The position numbers and the translations under genes were made by a program. The notes beneath the pieces are model-generated. The model was not told where the DNA came from, made no database searches, and saw nothing but the letters and a program-made list of their open reading frames with translations. This document shows, piece after piece, positions 1 to 9,456 of a stretch of DNA of 64,000 bases (the stretch's first letter is position 1; every line of letters starts with the position of its first letter). Source of the DNA: an uncultured Chloroflexia bacterium (GTDB taxonomy: Bacteria > Chloroflexota > Limnocylindria > Limnocylindrales > CSP1-4); contig CAWHRB010000003.1 in the NCBI GenBank assembly GCA_963831715.1, positions 644,117 through 708,116 on the forward strand, in the 5' to 3' direction.

Positions 1-308
1 GACTCCGTGGTGGCCGTGCCCCCGAGGATCGCGAAGAAGCCGAAGATGATCGTGAAGAGGCTGATGAAGTTGCCGAAGGACCAGGCGTAGGCGCGCACGT
101 TCCAGAAACCCAGCGCGACCCAGAACCAGATCGCGGCAAGGATCACCGCCCACAGCGCCTGACCCCATTGGGCTTCGGGGAATGAGACTTCCTTGCCGAA
201 GAACGTCCAACTGACGATCCCCAGGAATAGGAGGACCCGCCACACCTGGAAGAGGCCGGCCAGGCCAGCGCCCAAGGCGAGCAATGTCACCCCGATCGGT
301 CGATTCAT
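1..308 (-). CDS. Integral membrane protein, N-terminal part; the gene runs off the window start
   Basis: The ATG is at 306-308 on the minus strand and is preceded by GGAGGGA 8 nt upstream. Translation gives MNRPIGVTLLALGAGLAGLFQVWRVLLFLGIVSWTFFGKEV... with four or more hydrophobic helices. It is absent from the ORF track only because it is truncated by the window edge. Confidence 0.6.
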   Translation of the reverse strand, partial: MNRPIGVTLLALGAGLAGLFQVWRVLLFLGIVSWTFFGKEVSFPEAQWGQALWAVILAAIWFWVALGFWNVRAYAWSFGNFISLFTIIFGFFAILGGTATTE

Positions 309-529
309 CGTTGTCGTCCCTCCAGTGGCTTGATGGTCGTACGCGTCGATGCTAGTCCTTGGTGCGCCGCTACACCATGCCCGACACGCACTTCTTGGGG
401 TGCGCCGACACGCGGAATCTGGCGGTGTGGGCACCATCGGCTCGCCAGCCGTGAGAATCTGGCACGTGACATGGCTATCGACACGAACGACGGAAGCGGC
501 GATCCTGCCCGCGCGCCGGCGCTAGCGGC

Positions 530-1501
530 ATGAATGAGCTCGCGTATCGGGCGGCAGAGCGCCGGCTGTGGCGATCGATCGGTGCCAGACCGTACGAGAG
601 GACGATCCATCTCGAGCGGATCGACGTCGACGTGCGGATCCAGGAGGTCGGTCAGGGCGCGCCCGTCCTGTTCATCCATGGCGTCGCCACGAGCGGTGTC
701 AGCTGGGCGGGTCTCGCGGCACGCGCCGCCGGGTTCCGTTGCCTGATCCTGGATCGCCCCGGAACGGGGCTGAGCCGCCCGCTGGGCCGACCGGTCGATG
801 CGCGGACGCTCGCCCAGATGGCCGACGTCCTCGTCGCCGACGTCCTCGATGCCCTCGACCTGCCGTCGGCCCACCTCGTCGCAACCTCGTTCGGTGGCTA
901 CATGGCGCTGCGCTCGGCGGCGGCCACGCCCGAACGCGTCGATCGGATGGTCCAGTTCAGCTGGCCGGCCGGCGCTCCGACTCGGACCCTGCCCCTGTTC
1001 CTACGCGCGATGAGCGTTCCCGGCTTCGGTCGGCTGGTGGCGTCCATCCCACGCAACGAGCGGTCGATGCGCATCCTTTTCCGCCAGTTGGGCCATGGCG
1101 ACAAGCTGGCCGACGGGCGCATCACGGACGCCGACCTTGCGTGCTACCTGGCGCTGCTCCGCCACACGGACACGATGCGCAACGAGTTCGCGCCCGCCAG
1201 GGCGTTGATCTCGCCGTTGCATGGGCTCGAACGCCTGCATCTGCCCGACGATGTCCTCGCCCGGGTCGGATGCCCGACGCTGTTCATGTGGGGTGGCCGT
1301 GACCCGTTCGGGGGTGAGGACGCAGCCCGGGCGCTCGTCGCACGCATGCCCGACGCCGGACTCGCCCTGATGCCGAACGCGGGCCATAGCCCATGGCTCG
1401 ACGATATGGACGCGTGCGTTTCGGGGATGACGTCGTTCCTTCGCGATGGCACGGCACGTCCCGCGACCGTCGACCGCTCGGAGCGGGCCGCGATCGCATG
1501 A
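530..1501 (+). CDS. Alpha/beta hydrolase fold protein
   Basis: The 323-aa ORF has an HG oxyanion motif (FIHGVATSG), the nucleophile elbow SFGGYMA and a C-terminal GHSPWLD histidine region. Confidence 0.85.
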   Translation: MNELAYRAAERRLWRSIGARPYERTIHLERIDVDVRIQEVGQGAPVLFIHGVATSGVSWAGLAARAAGFRCLILDRPGTGLSRPLGRPVDARTLAQMADVLVADVLDALDLPSAHLVATSFGGYMALRSAAATPERVDRMVQFSWPAGAPTRTLPLFLRAMSVPGFGRLVASIPRNERSMRILFRQLGHGDKLADGRITDADLACYLALLRHTDTMRNEFAPARALISPLHGLERLHLPDDVLARVGCPTLFMWGGRDPFGGEDAARALVARMPDAGLALMPNAGHSPWLDDMDACVSGMTSFLRDGTARPATVDRSERAAIA

Positions 1502-1560
1502 GGGCCGCGCGTGATGGACCGTAGGGCACACTTTCTCCCGTGACCGCCCGACGATCCGTC

Positions 1561-2508
1561 ATGCCCGACTTCGTCCCGCCGATGCTCGCGACGCTGGTGG
1601 CCGCGCCGTTCGATGACCCGGACTGGACGTTCGAGATCAAGTGGGACGGCTTCCGCGTCGAGACGGTCCTCGACCGCGGCAGTGTGCGGATGTGGACGCG
1701 CGGTCAACAGGATGCTGCGCGGTACTTCGGGCCATTCCTCGATCCGGCGGACTGGATCGCGGCCGACCAGGCGATCGTCGATGGCGAGGTGATCGCGCTC
1801 GACGACCGAGGCGAGCCCGACTTCGCTCTCCTGCAGGCGCGCATCAAGGGGCAGAGCCGGGGAGGGGCAGCGACCCCCTTCGTCTACGAGGTGTTCGACC
1901 TCATGTACCTCGACGGTCGATCGCTGCTCGACGAGCCGCTGGAGGTCCGCCGTACGCTGCTCAAGGACGTCATCCGCGCCGACCCGCGTGTCCGGCTCAG
2001 CGAGGACATCGGAGGGGAGGGGCTGGCGTTCTTCGAGGCCGCGAGGAAGCGAGGTCTCGAGGGCATCATGGCCAAGGACCGGCGCTCTCCCTACCTGCCC
2101 GGCAAGCGCGCGCTGTCATGGCAGAAGGTCAAGATCCGACCCGAACAGGAGCTCGTGGTCGGCGGCTGGACGAAGGGCACCGGCAAGGCCGTCGAGCTCG
2201 GGGCATTGCTGGTCGGCGTGTATGAGGGCGGCGCGCTCCGGTATGCGGGCAAGATCGGTGCCGGTTTCAACGACGCCATCCGCGCCGAGCTGCTCGAGGC
2301 GATGGCACCACTCGCCGCCGATGCGCCCCCGTTCGCGGAGCCACCCCCGCGCGCCGTGTCGAAGAGCGCCCTCTGGCTTCGACCCGAACTCGTGATCCGG
2401 GCCGAGTTCGCCGGCTGGACCCGGGACGGCCTCGTCCGCCAGGCGGCCTACAAGGGCTTCGATCTCGGCAAGGACCCGCGCAAGGTGCGTCGGGAGACGC
2501 CGCGCTGA
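1561..2508 (+). CDS. ATP-dependent DNA ligase, LigC/LigD ligase-domain type
   Basis: PMLATL precedes motif I EIKWDGFR (the KxDG adenylation lysine), followed by nucleotidyltransferase and OB-fold regions. The track starts the ORF at GTG 1540; ATG 1561 (MPDFVPPMLATL) is the more likely start. No Ku gene is adjacent. Confidence 0.85.
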   Translation: MPDFVPPMLATLVAAPFDDPDWTFEIKWDGFRVETVLDRGSVRMWTRGQQDAARYFGPFLDPADWIAADQAIVDGEVIALDDRGEPDFALLQARIKGQSRGGAATPFVYEVFDLMYLDGRSLLDEPLEVRRTLLKDVIRADPRVRLSEDIGGEGLAFFEAARKRGLEGIMAKDRRSPYLPGKRALSWQKVKIRPEQELVVGGWTKGTGKAVELGALLVGVYEGGALRYAGKIGAGFNDAIRAELLEAMAPLAADAPPFAEPPPRAVSKSALWLRPELVIRAEFAGWTRDGLVRQAAYKGFDLGKDPRKVRRETPR

Positions 2509-3278
2509 GCGCGATCCTGGGCGAGGACGGCCACTTCGGCGAGGAGGTCGCCGCGACGTACGACGAGGACAACGCCGCGCTCGCCGATCCGGCCGTCGTC
2601 GGGCCCACCGTCGACTTCCTTGCCCTCCTCGCGGGATCCGGCAGAGCGCTGGAGCTGGCAAGCGGCACGGGCAGGATCGCGGTGCCGCTCGCTCAGCGTG
2701 GCGTCGAGGTCGCCGGGATCGAGCTGTCACGGGCGATGACGGCGAGGCTCCACGAGAAGCCAGGTGGTGCTGCGATCCCAGTGACGATCGGCGACATGAC
2801 CACGGCCAAGGCGGTCGGGACATTTCGCGTCGCCTACCTCCTCCGCAACACGATCATGAACCTCACGACGAGGGACGCCCAGATCGCGTGCTTTCGCAAC
2901 GTCGCCGAGCAACTCGAGCCTGGCGGCACATTCGTCATCGAGGTCGGCGTTCCTGGCCTTCAGCGCCTGCCGCCGGGCGAGGTGTTCCAGGTCTTCACGT
3001 GGATGGACGGCCATTGGGGCATCGACGAGTACGACGTCGAACGACAAGGCTTGACCTCACATCATTTCCGCCGAGTGGGCGACCGCATCGAGCTCCGATC
3101 CGTGCCGTTCCGGTACGTGTGGCCGTCGGAACTCGACCTCATGGCCCGGCTAGCCGGTCTCGAGCTGCGCGAGCGCTGGGACGACTGGACGCGCGAGCCG
3201 TTCACCAGCGAGAGCCGCCAGCACGTGTCGGTCTGGCAGAAGACAGCCGGGACAGCGCCCGGCGAAAACTCTGGCTAG
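2505..3278 (+). CDS. Class I SAM-dependent methyltransferase; start codon uncertain
   Basis: Motif I LELASGTGRIAVPLAQRGVEVAGIE lies at 2649-2720, upstream of the first canonical start in frame (GTG 2682). The frame is open back to 2226 with no ATG, GTG or TTG. CTG 2505 overlaps the ligase TGA (cCTGA) and ATC 2514 follows it. Confidence 0.7.
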   Translation: MSAILGEDGHFGEEVAATYDEDNAALADPAVVGPTVDFLALLAGSGRALELASGTGRIAVPLAQRGVEVAGIELSRAMTARLHEKPGGAAIPVTIGDMTTAKAVGTFRVAYLLRNTIMNLTTRDAQIACFRNVAEQLEPGGTFVIEVGVPGLQRLPPGEVFQVFTWMDGHWGIDEYDVERQGLTSHHFRRVGDRIELRSVPFRYVWPSELDLMARLAGLELRERWDDWTREPFTSESRQHVSVWQKTAGTAPGENSG

Positions 3279-4636
3279 GGACTCCAGAAACCGATGACGC
3301 CGTCCAGGGCGATCGGCTCCGAGCCATCGGGGAATCGCACGCTGACGCGGGTCACGCCATCCAGGCCCACCTCCGGCAACAGCATCGACGAACTGTCCGG
3401 AGCCCAGACCCGATGGCTGAGGGCGTACTGGTCGAAGTAGGCGAGGAAGGCCCTCACGAAGCGCTCGCCCGGTCGGACGACCGGCTGTGACAGCGTCGTT
3501 CCCGAGGCGACGTCGACGAACACAAGCCTGATCTCGGTACCTGGCTCAGCTGACGGGGCGCCGGACAGCGTCGCAGGAGCGGCGGCGGGCTGCACGCGCA
3601 GCGCGGCGATCGTCTTACCGTCGGGCGACCACCAGAAGCTGACGACCAGGCCATCGACCAGCGTCCGGATCTCACCCGACGCCGCGTCCATGAGCCGGAT
3701 CGGTCCCAGCGGGAAGCCCGGCAGGTCACCGGGTTCGATCGGACCGATCGACGCGACCCGCCCACCACCAGGATCGAACACCACAGCGGTCTGACCGAAG
3801 GCCGACATCACGTGCTCGTCCGATCCGTCTCGATGCGACACGACGACTTCGCCGGCGCCACCGATCGCGCCACGGACGAAGGCGATCGACTCGTGGTCGG
3901 GGCTCACGACCCCTGAGCGGAAGTCGCCTGGCGTCTCGAGCGCCGGACCCGCGGCGTCGCCATCGAGCCCGATCTCTCCCAGGAAGGCGTCCGACCCGGC
4001 GCCGATGTGGGCGAACAACCGATCACCGGCGAGCCAGTCGTAGTAGAAGGGGTTGCCCGACTTGACCACCGAGTCTGCACCGCTGCCGTCGATGGGGGCA
4101 CTGCCGTCGGCCGGCGCGAGCCGAAGCGAGAGCACGTCGGCCTCGGTCGCCAGGAACGACACGCGGTCACCCTCCGGCGTCCAGTACAGGTAGAACGGCG
4201 CGGCGCTCGCTTTCTCGAAGACGACCGTCGGGTCGGCCGGCGACGAGCCCGGGTCGGCCGCGTCGAACACGACGACCGACGACTGCGTCCCGTCCGAGCG
4301 GACCGCCGCGATGTGCGTGCCGTCGGGAGACCACGTGGGGAAGCCGAACAGACCGTCCGTCGTGTCCGTCAGGAGCGCGGATCGGCCATCCGCATCGACG
4401 ACAGAGATGGAGCCGTCGGCCGCGAGCAGCGCGATCGAGCCCGACGAGGCGAGGGAGCGCCCCGGACTCGCGGCCGTGCTCGGTACCGGGCTGGAGTCAG
4501 CGCTGGCCGCCGGTGCAGTACTCGAGGATGGACGATCGGTCAGAGCGGGCGAGGGCGATGTCTCGCCGCACGCCGCTGAGGCGACCACCATCAGGGTCGC
4601 CGCGACCGCCAGGACGCGAGAGCCCGTCGACGCCAT
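3275..4636 (-). CDS. Secreted PD40/TolB-like beta-propeller lipoprotein
   Basis: It contains repeated WSPDG-type blades (TWSPDGTHIA, YWTPEGDRVS, WWSPDGKTIA). The signal peptide and lipobox MASTGSRVLAVAATLMVVASAAC begin at the internal ATG 4636. The ORF track extends to 4756. Confidence 0.75.
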   Translation of the reverse strand: MASTGSRVLAVAATLMVVASAACGETSPSPALTDRPSSSTAPAASADSSPVPSTAASPGRSLASSGSIALLAADGSISVVDADGRSALLTDTTDGLFGFPTWSPDGTHIAAVRSDGTQSSVVVFDAADPGSSPADPTVVFEKASAAPFYLYWTPEGDRVSFLATEADVLSLRLAPADGSAPIDGSGADSVVKSGNPFYYDWLAGDRLFAHIGAGSDAFLGEIGLDGDAAGPALETPGDFRSGVVSPDHESIAFVRGAIGGAGEVVVSHRDGSDEHVMSAFGQTAVVFDPGGGRVASIGPIEPGDLPGFPLGPIRLMDAASGEIRTLVDGLVVSFWWSPDGKTIAALRVQPAAAPATLSGAPSAEPGTEIRLVFVDVASGTTLSQPVVRPGERFVRAFLAYFDQYALSHRVWAPDSSSMLLPEVGLDGVTRVSVRFPDGSEPIALDGVIGFWSP

Positions 4637-4937
4637 CACGTAACGATACGCGCCGCGCATCTCGTCGGATGCGGCGTCGATCGTGACAGCGAACCTCGAA
4701 CGTGCCCGCGAGACTGTCGCGGCCTGGCTGGACGTCGACCCCGGGGCCTTCGACATCGAGCGCGGCTAGTGCGACACGATTGCCAGTGTCGCCAAAGCAC
4801 CGCATTCTTGACCCTGGTGCGTCGGCGCACCCCGGGTTAGGAAGAAAGGACTACCCTTCAGCAGGACCCGGCGAGGGGATCAGCGCCGGCCACGATCGAT
4901 CCGCGATGCGGGCCTAGCCTCAGGGGGAGTCCAGGTC

Positions 4938-6920
4938 ATGTCGCTGCTTCAACGGATGGAGCGCGCCCAACGAGCGAAGGCGGCGGAAGCCGCCGCCGCC
5001 AACGGTGAGAGCGCTCCGTCCCCGACCGAAGAACCATCGCCGCCAGCTTCCGAGACCGCAGCGGTCACGGTCAGCCCTGAGGCGCCGTCCAACGGTCATG
5101 CGCCCGCGTTGGTGGCCATACCGGTCGGTCCGGCCATATCCGGTGGCCTCATGGGCCCCGCGACACCGACCGGGCTCATGCGACCGGCTCCGACGCCCGC
5201 CCGCGAGGAGCTGATCCGCGAGGTCCGGGTGCGCCTCCAATCGGAGATCGTCGGGGCGTTCAAGACGTTGCTCGACGCCACGGAGGACGAGGCACAGGAA
5301 CGGATCGCCATCCTGGTGGATCGCACGATCGCCAAGGGTGGGTTCGCCGTGACCCGCGAGGAACACGAGCGGCTCGTCGAGGAGATGGTCCACGACGTCA
5401 CGGGCTTCGGCCCGCTGGAACCGCTCTTGTCCGACCCGACCATCACCGAGGTGATGGTCAACGGGCCCGATCACATCTATATCGAGCGCCGCGGCAAGAT
5501 CGAGCGGATCGACAGCGTCTTCCTCAACGACCAGCACGTCCTGCGGGTCATCGACCGCATCATCACCCCGCTCGGACGCCGGATCGACGAAAGCAGCCCG
5601 CGGGTCGACGCCCGCCTGCCGGATGGCTCACGCGTCAACGCCGTCATCGAACCGCTCTCATTGGTCGGGCCGGTCATCACGGTCCGCAAGTTCTCCAAGA
5701 CGCCCTACACCGTGGACGACCTGATCGGGTTCGGGACCGCCACGTCCGCGATGTTCGACTTCCTCCAGGCGTGCATCGAGGCGCGACTCAACCTGTTCGT
5801 CTCCGGTGGCACCGGTTCAGGCAAGACGACGACCCTCAACGTCCTCTCGACGTTCATCCCGAACGACGAGCGCATCGTCACGATCGAGGACGCCGCCGAG
5901 CTGCAGATGCGCCAGGACCACGTCATCACGCTGGAGTCACGGCCACCCAACCTCGAGGGCGAGGGCGAGATCACGATCCGGAACCTGCTGCGGAACGCGA
6001 TGCACATGCGGCCCGATCGCATCATCGTCGGCGAGTGCCGGGCAGGTGAGGCGCTCGACATGCTCCAGGCCATGACGACCGGGCACGACGGGTCGCTGTC
6101 GACCGGCCACGCCAACAGCCCGAGAGACATGCTGCGGCGTCTCGAGACGATGGTGCTCATGACCGGCTATCAGCTGCCGTTACGGGCGATCCGCGAGCAG
6201 ATGGCCTCCGCCGTCGACATCATCGTCCACACCGCGCGCCTCAAGGACGGCAGCCGCAAGATCGTCAACATCACCGAGGTCTACGGGATCGAGGATGACG
6301 AGATCCTCACCCACGACATCTTCCGATTCGTGCAGACCGGCTATCACGACGGCCGGATCGAGGGAACCCTCCAGCCGACGGGGCTGCGGCCGACCTTCAT
6401 GGCCCAGTTCGCGCGGGCCGGCATCGAGCTACCCCCCGACGAGTTCGGGATCCCGCCCGACGATCCGGACGACCCGGTGCGGCCCCAGAAGAGCCGGTTC
6501 GGCGCCCGGATGACGAGCAGCGCCGAATACGCGGCCGTGCCGGTCGGCGATGGCAAGGCCGTGGTCGCGGGCGGCATGGTCTACGTCTCGTCGATCGGTC
6601 CCGTCGACCCGGACACGGGTGAGGTCGTCTCTGGCACGATCAAGGAGCAGACCCGGCGGTGCATGACGAACCTCAGCGACAGGCTCGAGGCCGCGGGGAG
6701 CTCGATGGACAAGGTCGTGTGGGCGAACTGGTCGCTCAGGGACGCGTCGGACTTCGACGAGTTCAACGAGGAGTGGAACCGCTGGTTCCCCAAGACCCCG
6801 CCACTCGGCCAGCTGACGATCATGCCGCCCCTCCAGCGGCGAGCCGGCTTCGGCGTCTCGCTCGGGGTGATCGCGACGGTCGCCGACGTGATGATCGACG
6901 AGGTCGGCAGCGGCTGGTGA
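4938..6920 (+). CDS. cpaF: CpaF/TadA-family type II/IV secretion ATPase fused in frame to a C-terminal RidA (YjgF/L-PSP) domain
   Basis: It has the Walker A SGGTGSGKTTTLN, the CpaF signature RPDRIIVGECRAGEALDMLQAMTTGHDGSLSTGHANSPRDMLRRLE and the CpaF C-terminus GLRPTFMAQFARAGIELPPDEFG. About 20 aa later comes a RidA domain (MVYVSSIGPVDPDTGEVVSGTIKEQTRRCMTNLSDRLEAAGSSMDKVVWANW...) with no intervening stop. No tadB, tadC or pilin genes are nearby. Confidence 0.8.
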   Translation: MSLLQRMERAQRAKAAEAAAANGESAPSPTEEPSPPASETAAVTVSPEAPSNGHAPALVAIPVGPAISGGLMGPATPTGLMRPAPTPAREELIREVRVRLQSEIVGAFKTLLDATEDEAQERIAILVDRTIAKGGFAVTREEHERLVEEMVHDVTGFGPLEPLLSDPTITEVMVNGPDHIYIERRGKIERIDSVFLNDQHVLRVIDRIITPLGRRIDESSPRVDARLPDGSRVNAVIEPLSLVGPVITVRKFSKTPYTVDDLIGFGTATSAMFDFLQACIEARLNLFVSGGTGSGKTTTLNVLSTFIPNDERIVTIEDAAELQMRQDHVITLESRPPNLEGEGEITIRNLLRNAMHMRPDRIIVGECRAGEALDMLQAMTTGHDGSLSTGHANSPRDMLRRLETMVLMTGYQLPLRAIREQMASAVDIIVHTARLKDGSRKIVNITEVYGIEDDEILTHDIFRFVQTGYHDGRIEGTLQPTGLRPTFMAQFARAGIELPPDEFGIPPDDPDDPVRPQKSRFGARMTSSAEYAAVPVGDGKAVVAGGMVYVSSIGPVDPDTGEVVSGTIKEQTRRCMTNLSDRLEAAGSSMDKVVWANWSLRDASDFDEFNEEWNRWFPKTPPLGQLTIMPPLQRRAGFGVSLGVIATVADVMIDEVGSGW

Positions 6921-6964
6921 CGTCCCCGTCCCCAGGCCCGACTGTCAGCTAGCGCAGCACGCGA

Positions 6965-7669
6965 CTAGGAGTCGTCCTCCCCGACGAGCGGGACCGGCAC
7001 GACATGCTCCGAGAGGAACCAGACCTGCAGCTCGTGGCGGCGCAGGACGTCGCCCATCAATAGGTCGTTGGAGCCCCAGTCCTCCGACTCCTCGGTCGTC
7101 TTGATGCCGGCGCGGACCTTCTCGATGACGATCTCGTGGGCGTGCAAGGTCCGGTCGATCATGACCGCGACCTCCTCGCGGCCGTCGGGCGGTCGCGGGA
7201 TCGTCGTCAGCTCGGCAGCGTGGCGCGGATCGCCGACGGCGATGCCGCCCAGACTCTGGATCCGCTCCGCCAACAGGTCGACCAGCTCGCCCTGCTCCTC
7301 GTAGTGCTTATCGAATAGCAGGTGGAGCTGGTAGAAGGTCGGGCCCGACACGAGCCAGTGGTTCTTCTTGTACAGCGCGTAGAGCACCATCGAGTCGGCG
7401 AGGATCTCGTTGAGCAACTCGCAGCTCTCGGCTCGCGCCTTTTGCTTGAGCGCGATCGGCAGCGTCCGCAGGGTCCCGAACCGCTGGAGTTCGGGACCGT
7501 GTTCGTCGAGTCGCGGTTCGGCCGACCGACGACCGGAGCCGTTGCGCGCCGAGGAGCTGGATCGGGTCGATCGGGCGATCGGGTCGTGGCCATCTGGGGA
7601 CCTCCGAACTGGGGAACATCGTTGTCTCGCGACAGCGTGCACTGACAGGCGTCCGTATCCCATCAGCAC
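6965..7669 (-). CDS. dps: Dps (DNA protection during starvation, ferritin-like) with a long Arg/Ser-rich N-terminal tail; start uncertain
   Basis: The ferritin-like core is LLNEILADSMVLYALYKKNHWLVSGPTFYQLHLLFDKHYEEQ...LLMGDVLRRHELQVWFLSEH. About 85 upstream residues are basic and low-complexity. An in-frame TTG near residue 85 is an alternative start. Confidence 0.8.
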   Translation of the reverse strand: MLMGYGRLSVHAVARQRCSPVRRSPDGHDPIARSTRSSSSARNGSGRRSAEPRLDEHGPELQRFGTLRTLPIALKQKARAESCELLNEILADSMVLYALYKKNHWLVSGPTFYQLHLLFDKHYEEQGELVDLLAERIQSLGGIAVGDPRHAAELTTIPRPPDGREEVAVMIDRTLHAHEIVIEKVRAGIKTTEESEDWGSNDLLMGDVLRRHELQVWFLSEHVVPVPLVGEDDS

Positions 7670-7714
7670 CGCCCCTTCCGCCTTGCGGCGGTGTTGCGGT
7701 CGTCGCTCGGTCAG

Positions 7715-8173
7715 TCAGCCGCGATGCCGAGATCGCGCTTTCGCCAGGCGATCATGGGCTAGGGCGATCAACGGGACGATGACGTCGCGAAACGTCTCGT
7801 CTCTTGGATTCAAGATCGAGATCCAGAGCTGCTTGCCATAGGCAGGGTGGGGGAGGAGTCGGTCGAGCGCCGTGTAGTCGGGCTCGGCATCGGCGGCGGC
7901 GATGCGTTCGAACGTCCCTCGGTCGACGCCGAGGTTCAAGCGGTAGGCGTCTGGCCGGCTCAGGTTCGAGGCATCGTCGTGTGCGTCGGTCGTCACGATC
8001 GTCGCGTAGTTCGGCCAGTGCTTCTCGCTGTCGAGGGAGAAAAACCAGGCATCCATCGCCTCGACGACATCGGTCTCGGGATAGGTCTCGAGGATGTACC
8101 CGACGATGGTTTCCGGCGTGGGGCCGGAGGACAGGAGATTCGACATGCCGCCATCGTGCAGGATGCATGTCAA
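7715..8173 (-). CDS. Hypothetical protein
   Basis: The 152-aa ORF has coding-like composition (YATIVTTDAHDDASNLSRPDAYRLNLGVDRGTFERIAAA...). No family was recognised. Confidence 0.5.
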   Translation of the reverse strand: MTCILHDGGMSNLLSSGPTPETIVGYILETYPETDVVEAMDAWFFSLDSEKHWPNYATIVTTDAHDDASNLSRPDAYRLNLGVDRGTFERIAAADAEPDYTALDRLLPHPAYGKQLWISILNPRDETFRDVIVPLIALAHDRLAKARSRHRG

Positions 8174-8229
8174 GTGGTGGCCCGCATCGGTCCGGATGGT
8201 CGTACGCTGCGCGTGGAGGATCCAGCCCG

Positions 8230-8439
8230 ATGTCGAAGCACGGCAAGAACGGCAAGAACGGCAAGAGCGGCAAGAAGGCCAAGGGGTCGGCCCGCAAGAA
8301 GGTCAACGGCACGAAGGCGCAGTCGCTGACGATCGAGACGAAACCGCGGTCGAGATTGACGCTCCCGGGGCTCGTCGCCGTGGCGATCGGCGTGGTGCTC
8401 GTCGCGGGCATCACCAGCCTCTGGCGCATCCGCCGCTAG
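8230..8439 (+). CDS. Small Lys/Gly-rich tail-anchored membrane protein (69 aa)
   Basis: The ATG at 8230 is preceded by GGAGGA 9 nt upstream. Translation is MSKHGKNGKNGKSGKKAKGSARKKVNGTKAQSLTIETKPRSRLTLPGLVAVAIGVVLVAGITSLWRIRR. It has a tandem KNG repeat (9-nt DNA repeat cggcaagaa) and a single C-terminal TM helix. Confidence 0.5.
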   Translation: MSKHGKNGKNGKSGKKAKGSARKKVNGTKAQSLTIETKPRSRLTLPGLVAVAIGVVLVAGITSLWRIRR

Positions 8440-8472
8440 TCAGGGTCCGATCGCACTCGACGGTGAGGGACG

Positions 8473-9456
8473 ATGAAAGCTGCGATCTGCGACCGATACG
8501 GCTCGCCCGATCACGTCCGCGTCGAGGACGTCGAAACGCCGACGCCGGGTCCAGGCGACGTGCTCGTCCGCGTCCATGCCGCGTCGGTCAACCGGGCTGA
8601 CCTCGACGGGATCGAGCCACGGCCACAGTTCGTGCGCTTGTTCGTCGGGCTTCGGACGCCTCGAAACCAGCGGCTGGGTATCGATGTCGCCGGGGTGGTC
8701 GAGTCGGTCGGAGAGGGGGTGACCCGGTTCAAGCCCGGCGATGCCGTGTTCTCCGACCTATTCACGGCCAGGGCCGGATCATTCGCCGAGTACGTCAACG
8801 CCCCGGAGCGATCGTGGCAGACCATCCCGGCGGGGATGTCGTTCGAGGACGCCTCCACGTTGCCGCACTCGGCGGTCCTCGCGCTCCAGGGGCTGCGGCT
8901 CCGCAACGGGCGGACGCCGAAGCCGGGCGACAAGGTGCTGATCGTGGGCGCGTCCGGGAACGTCGGCCCCTTCGCGGTCCAGATCGCGAAATCTTTGGGC
9001 GCCGACGTCACCGGCGTATGCCGCACGGAGAAGGTCGAGTTCGTGCGCTCGCTCGGCGCCGATCACGTCATCGACTATCGAACCACCGACTACACCGCGA
9101 CCGGCGACACGTATGACTGGATCGTCGATACCGACTCGCACCATTCGATCTTCCGGGTGCGTCGGGCGATCGCGCCCGGTGGCACGTACCTGACGCTGGG
9201 TGGCACCTCGGGGCCGATCCTCAGTGCGCTGATCTTCGGTTCGATCCTGTCATTGTTCGGCGGAAAGCGGTCAATGCTCATGTTGTGGTGGAAGCCATTC
9301 CACAAGCCCGACGTCGACCACCTCAAGAAGCTGATCGCCGACGGCAAGGTCCGCCCGGCGATCGATCGACGCTATCCGCTGGCCGAGGCGGCGGACGCCT
9401 TGCGATGGGTCAACGACGGCCACGCCAAAGGCAAGGTCGTCATCACGGTTCCGTGA
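8473..9456 (+). CDS. Zinc-type alcohol dehydrogenase / NADPH:quinone oxidoreductase (MDR superfamily)
   Basis: A GroES-like N-terminus (MKAAICDRYGSPDHVRVEDVETPTPGPGDVLVRVHAASVNRAD) is followed by a Rossmann motif (GASGNVGPFAVQIAKSLGADVTGV). Confidence 0.85.
   Translation: MKAAICDRYGSPDHVRVEDVETPTPGPGDVLVRVHAASVNRADLDGIEPRPQFVRLFVGLRTPRNQRLGIDVAGVVESVGEGVTRFKPGDAVFSDLFTARAGSFAEYVNAPERSWQTIPAGMSFEDASTLPHSAVLALQGLRLRNGRTPKPGDKVLIVGASGNVGPFAVQIAKSLGADVTGVCRTEKVEFVRSLGADHVIDYRTTDYTATGDTYDWIVDTDSHHSIFRVRRAIAPGGTYLTLGGTSGPILSALIFGSILSLFGGKRSMLMLWWKPFHKPDVDHLKKLIADGKVRPAIDRRYPLAEAADALRWVNDGHAKGKVVITVP

Noticed and set aside
1540-3278. Possibility that the ligase and the methyltransferase are one fused gene joined by a frameshift.
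   Set aside because: The ligase ends with a clean TGA after a typical C-terminus and the methyltransferase is in a different frame. Operon coupling with a non-canonical start is the simpler reading.
9372-9456. An 85-nt convergent overlap between the membrane protein and dehydrogenase genes.
   Set aside because: The membrane protein's last 85 aa are low-complexity read-through (RPRGRRRPPDPRCPGPLPRS...). The real stop is probably upstream and lost by a frame error, so this is not a genuine overlap.
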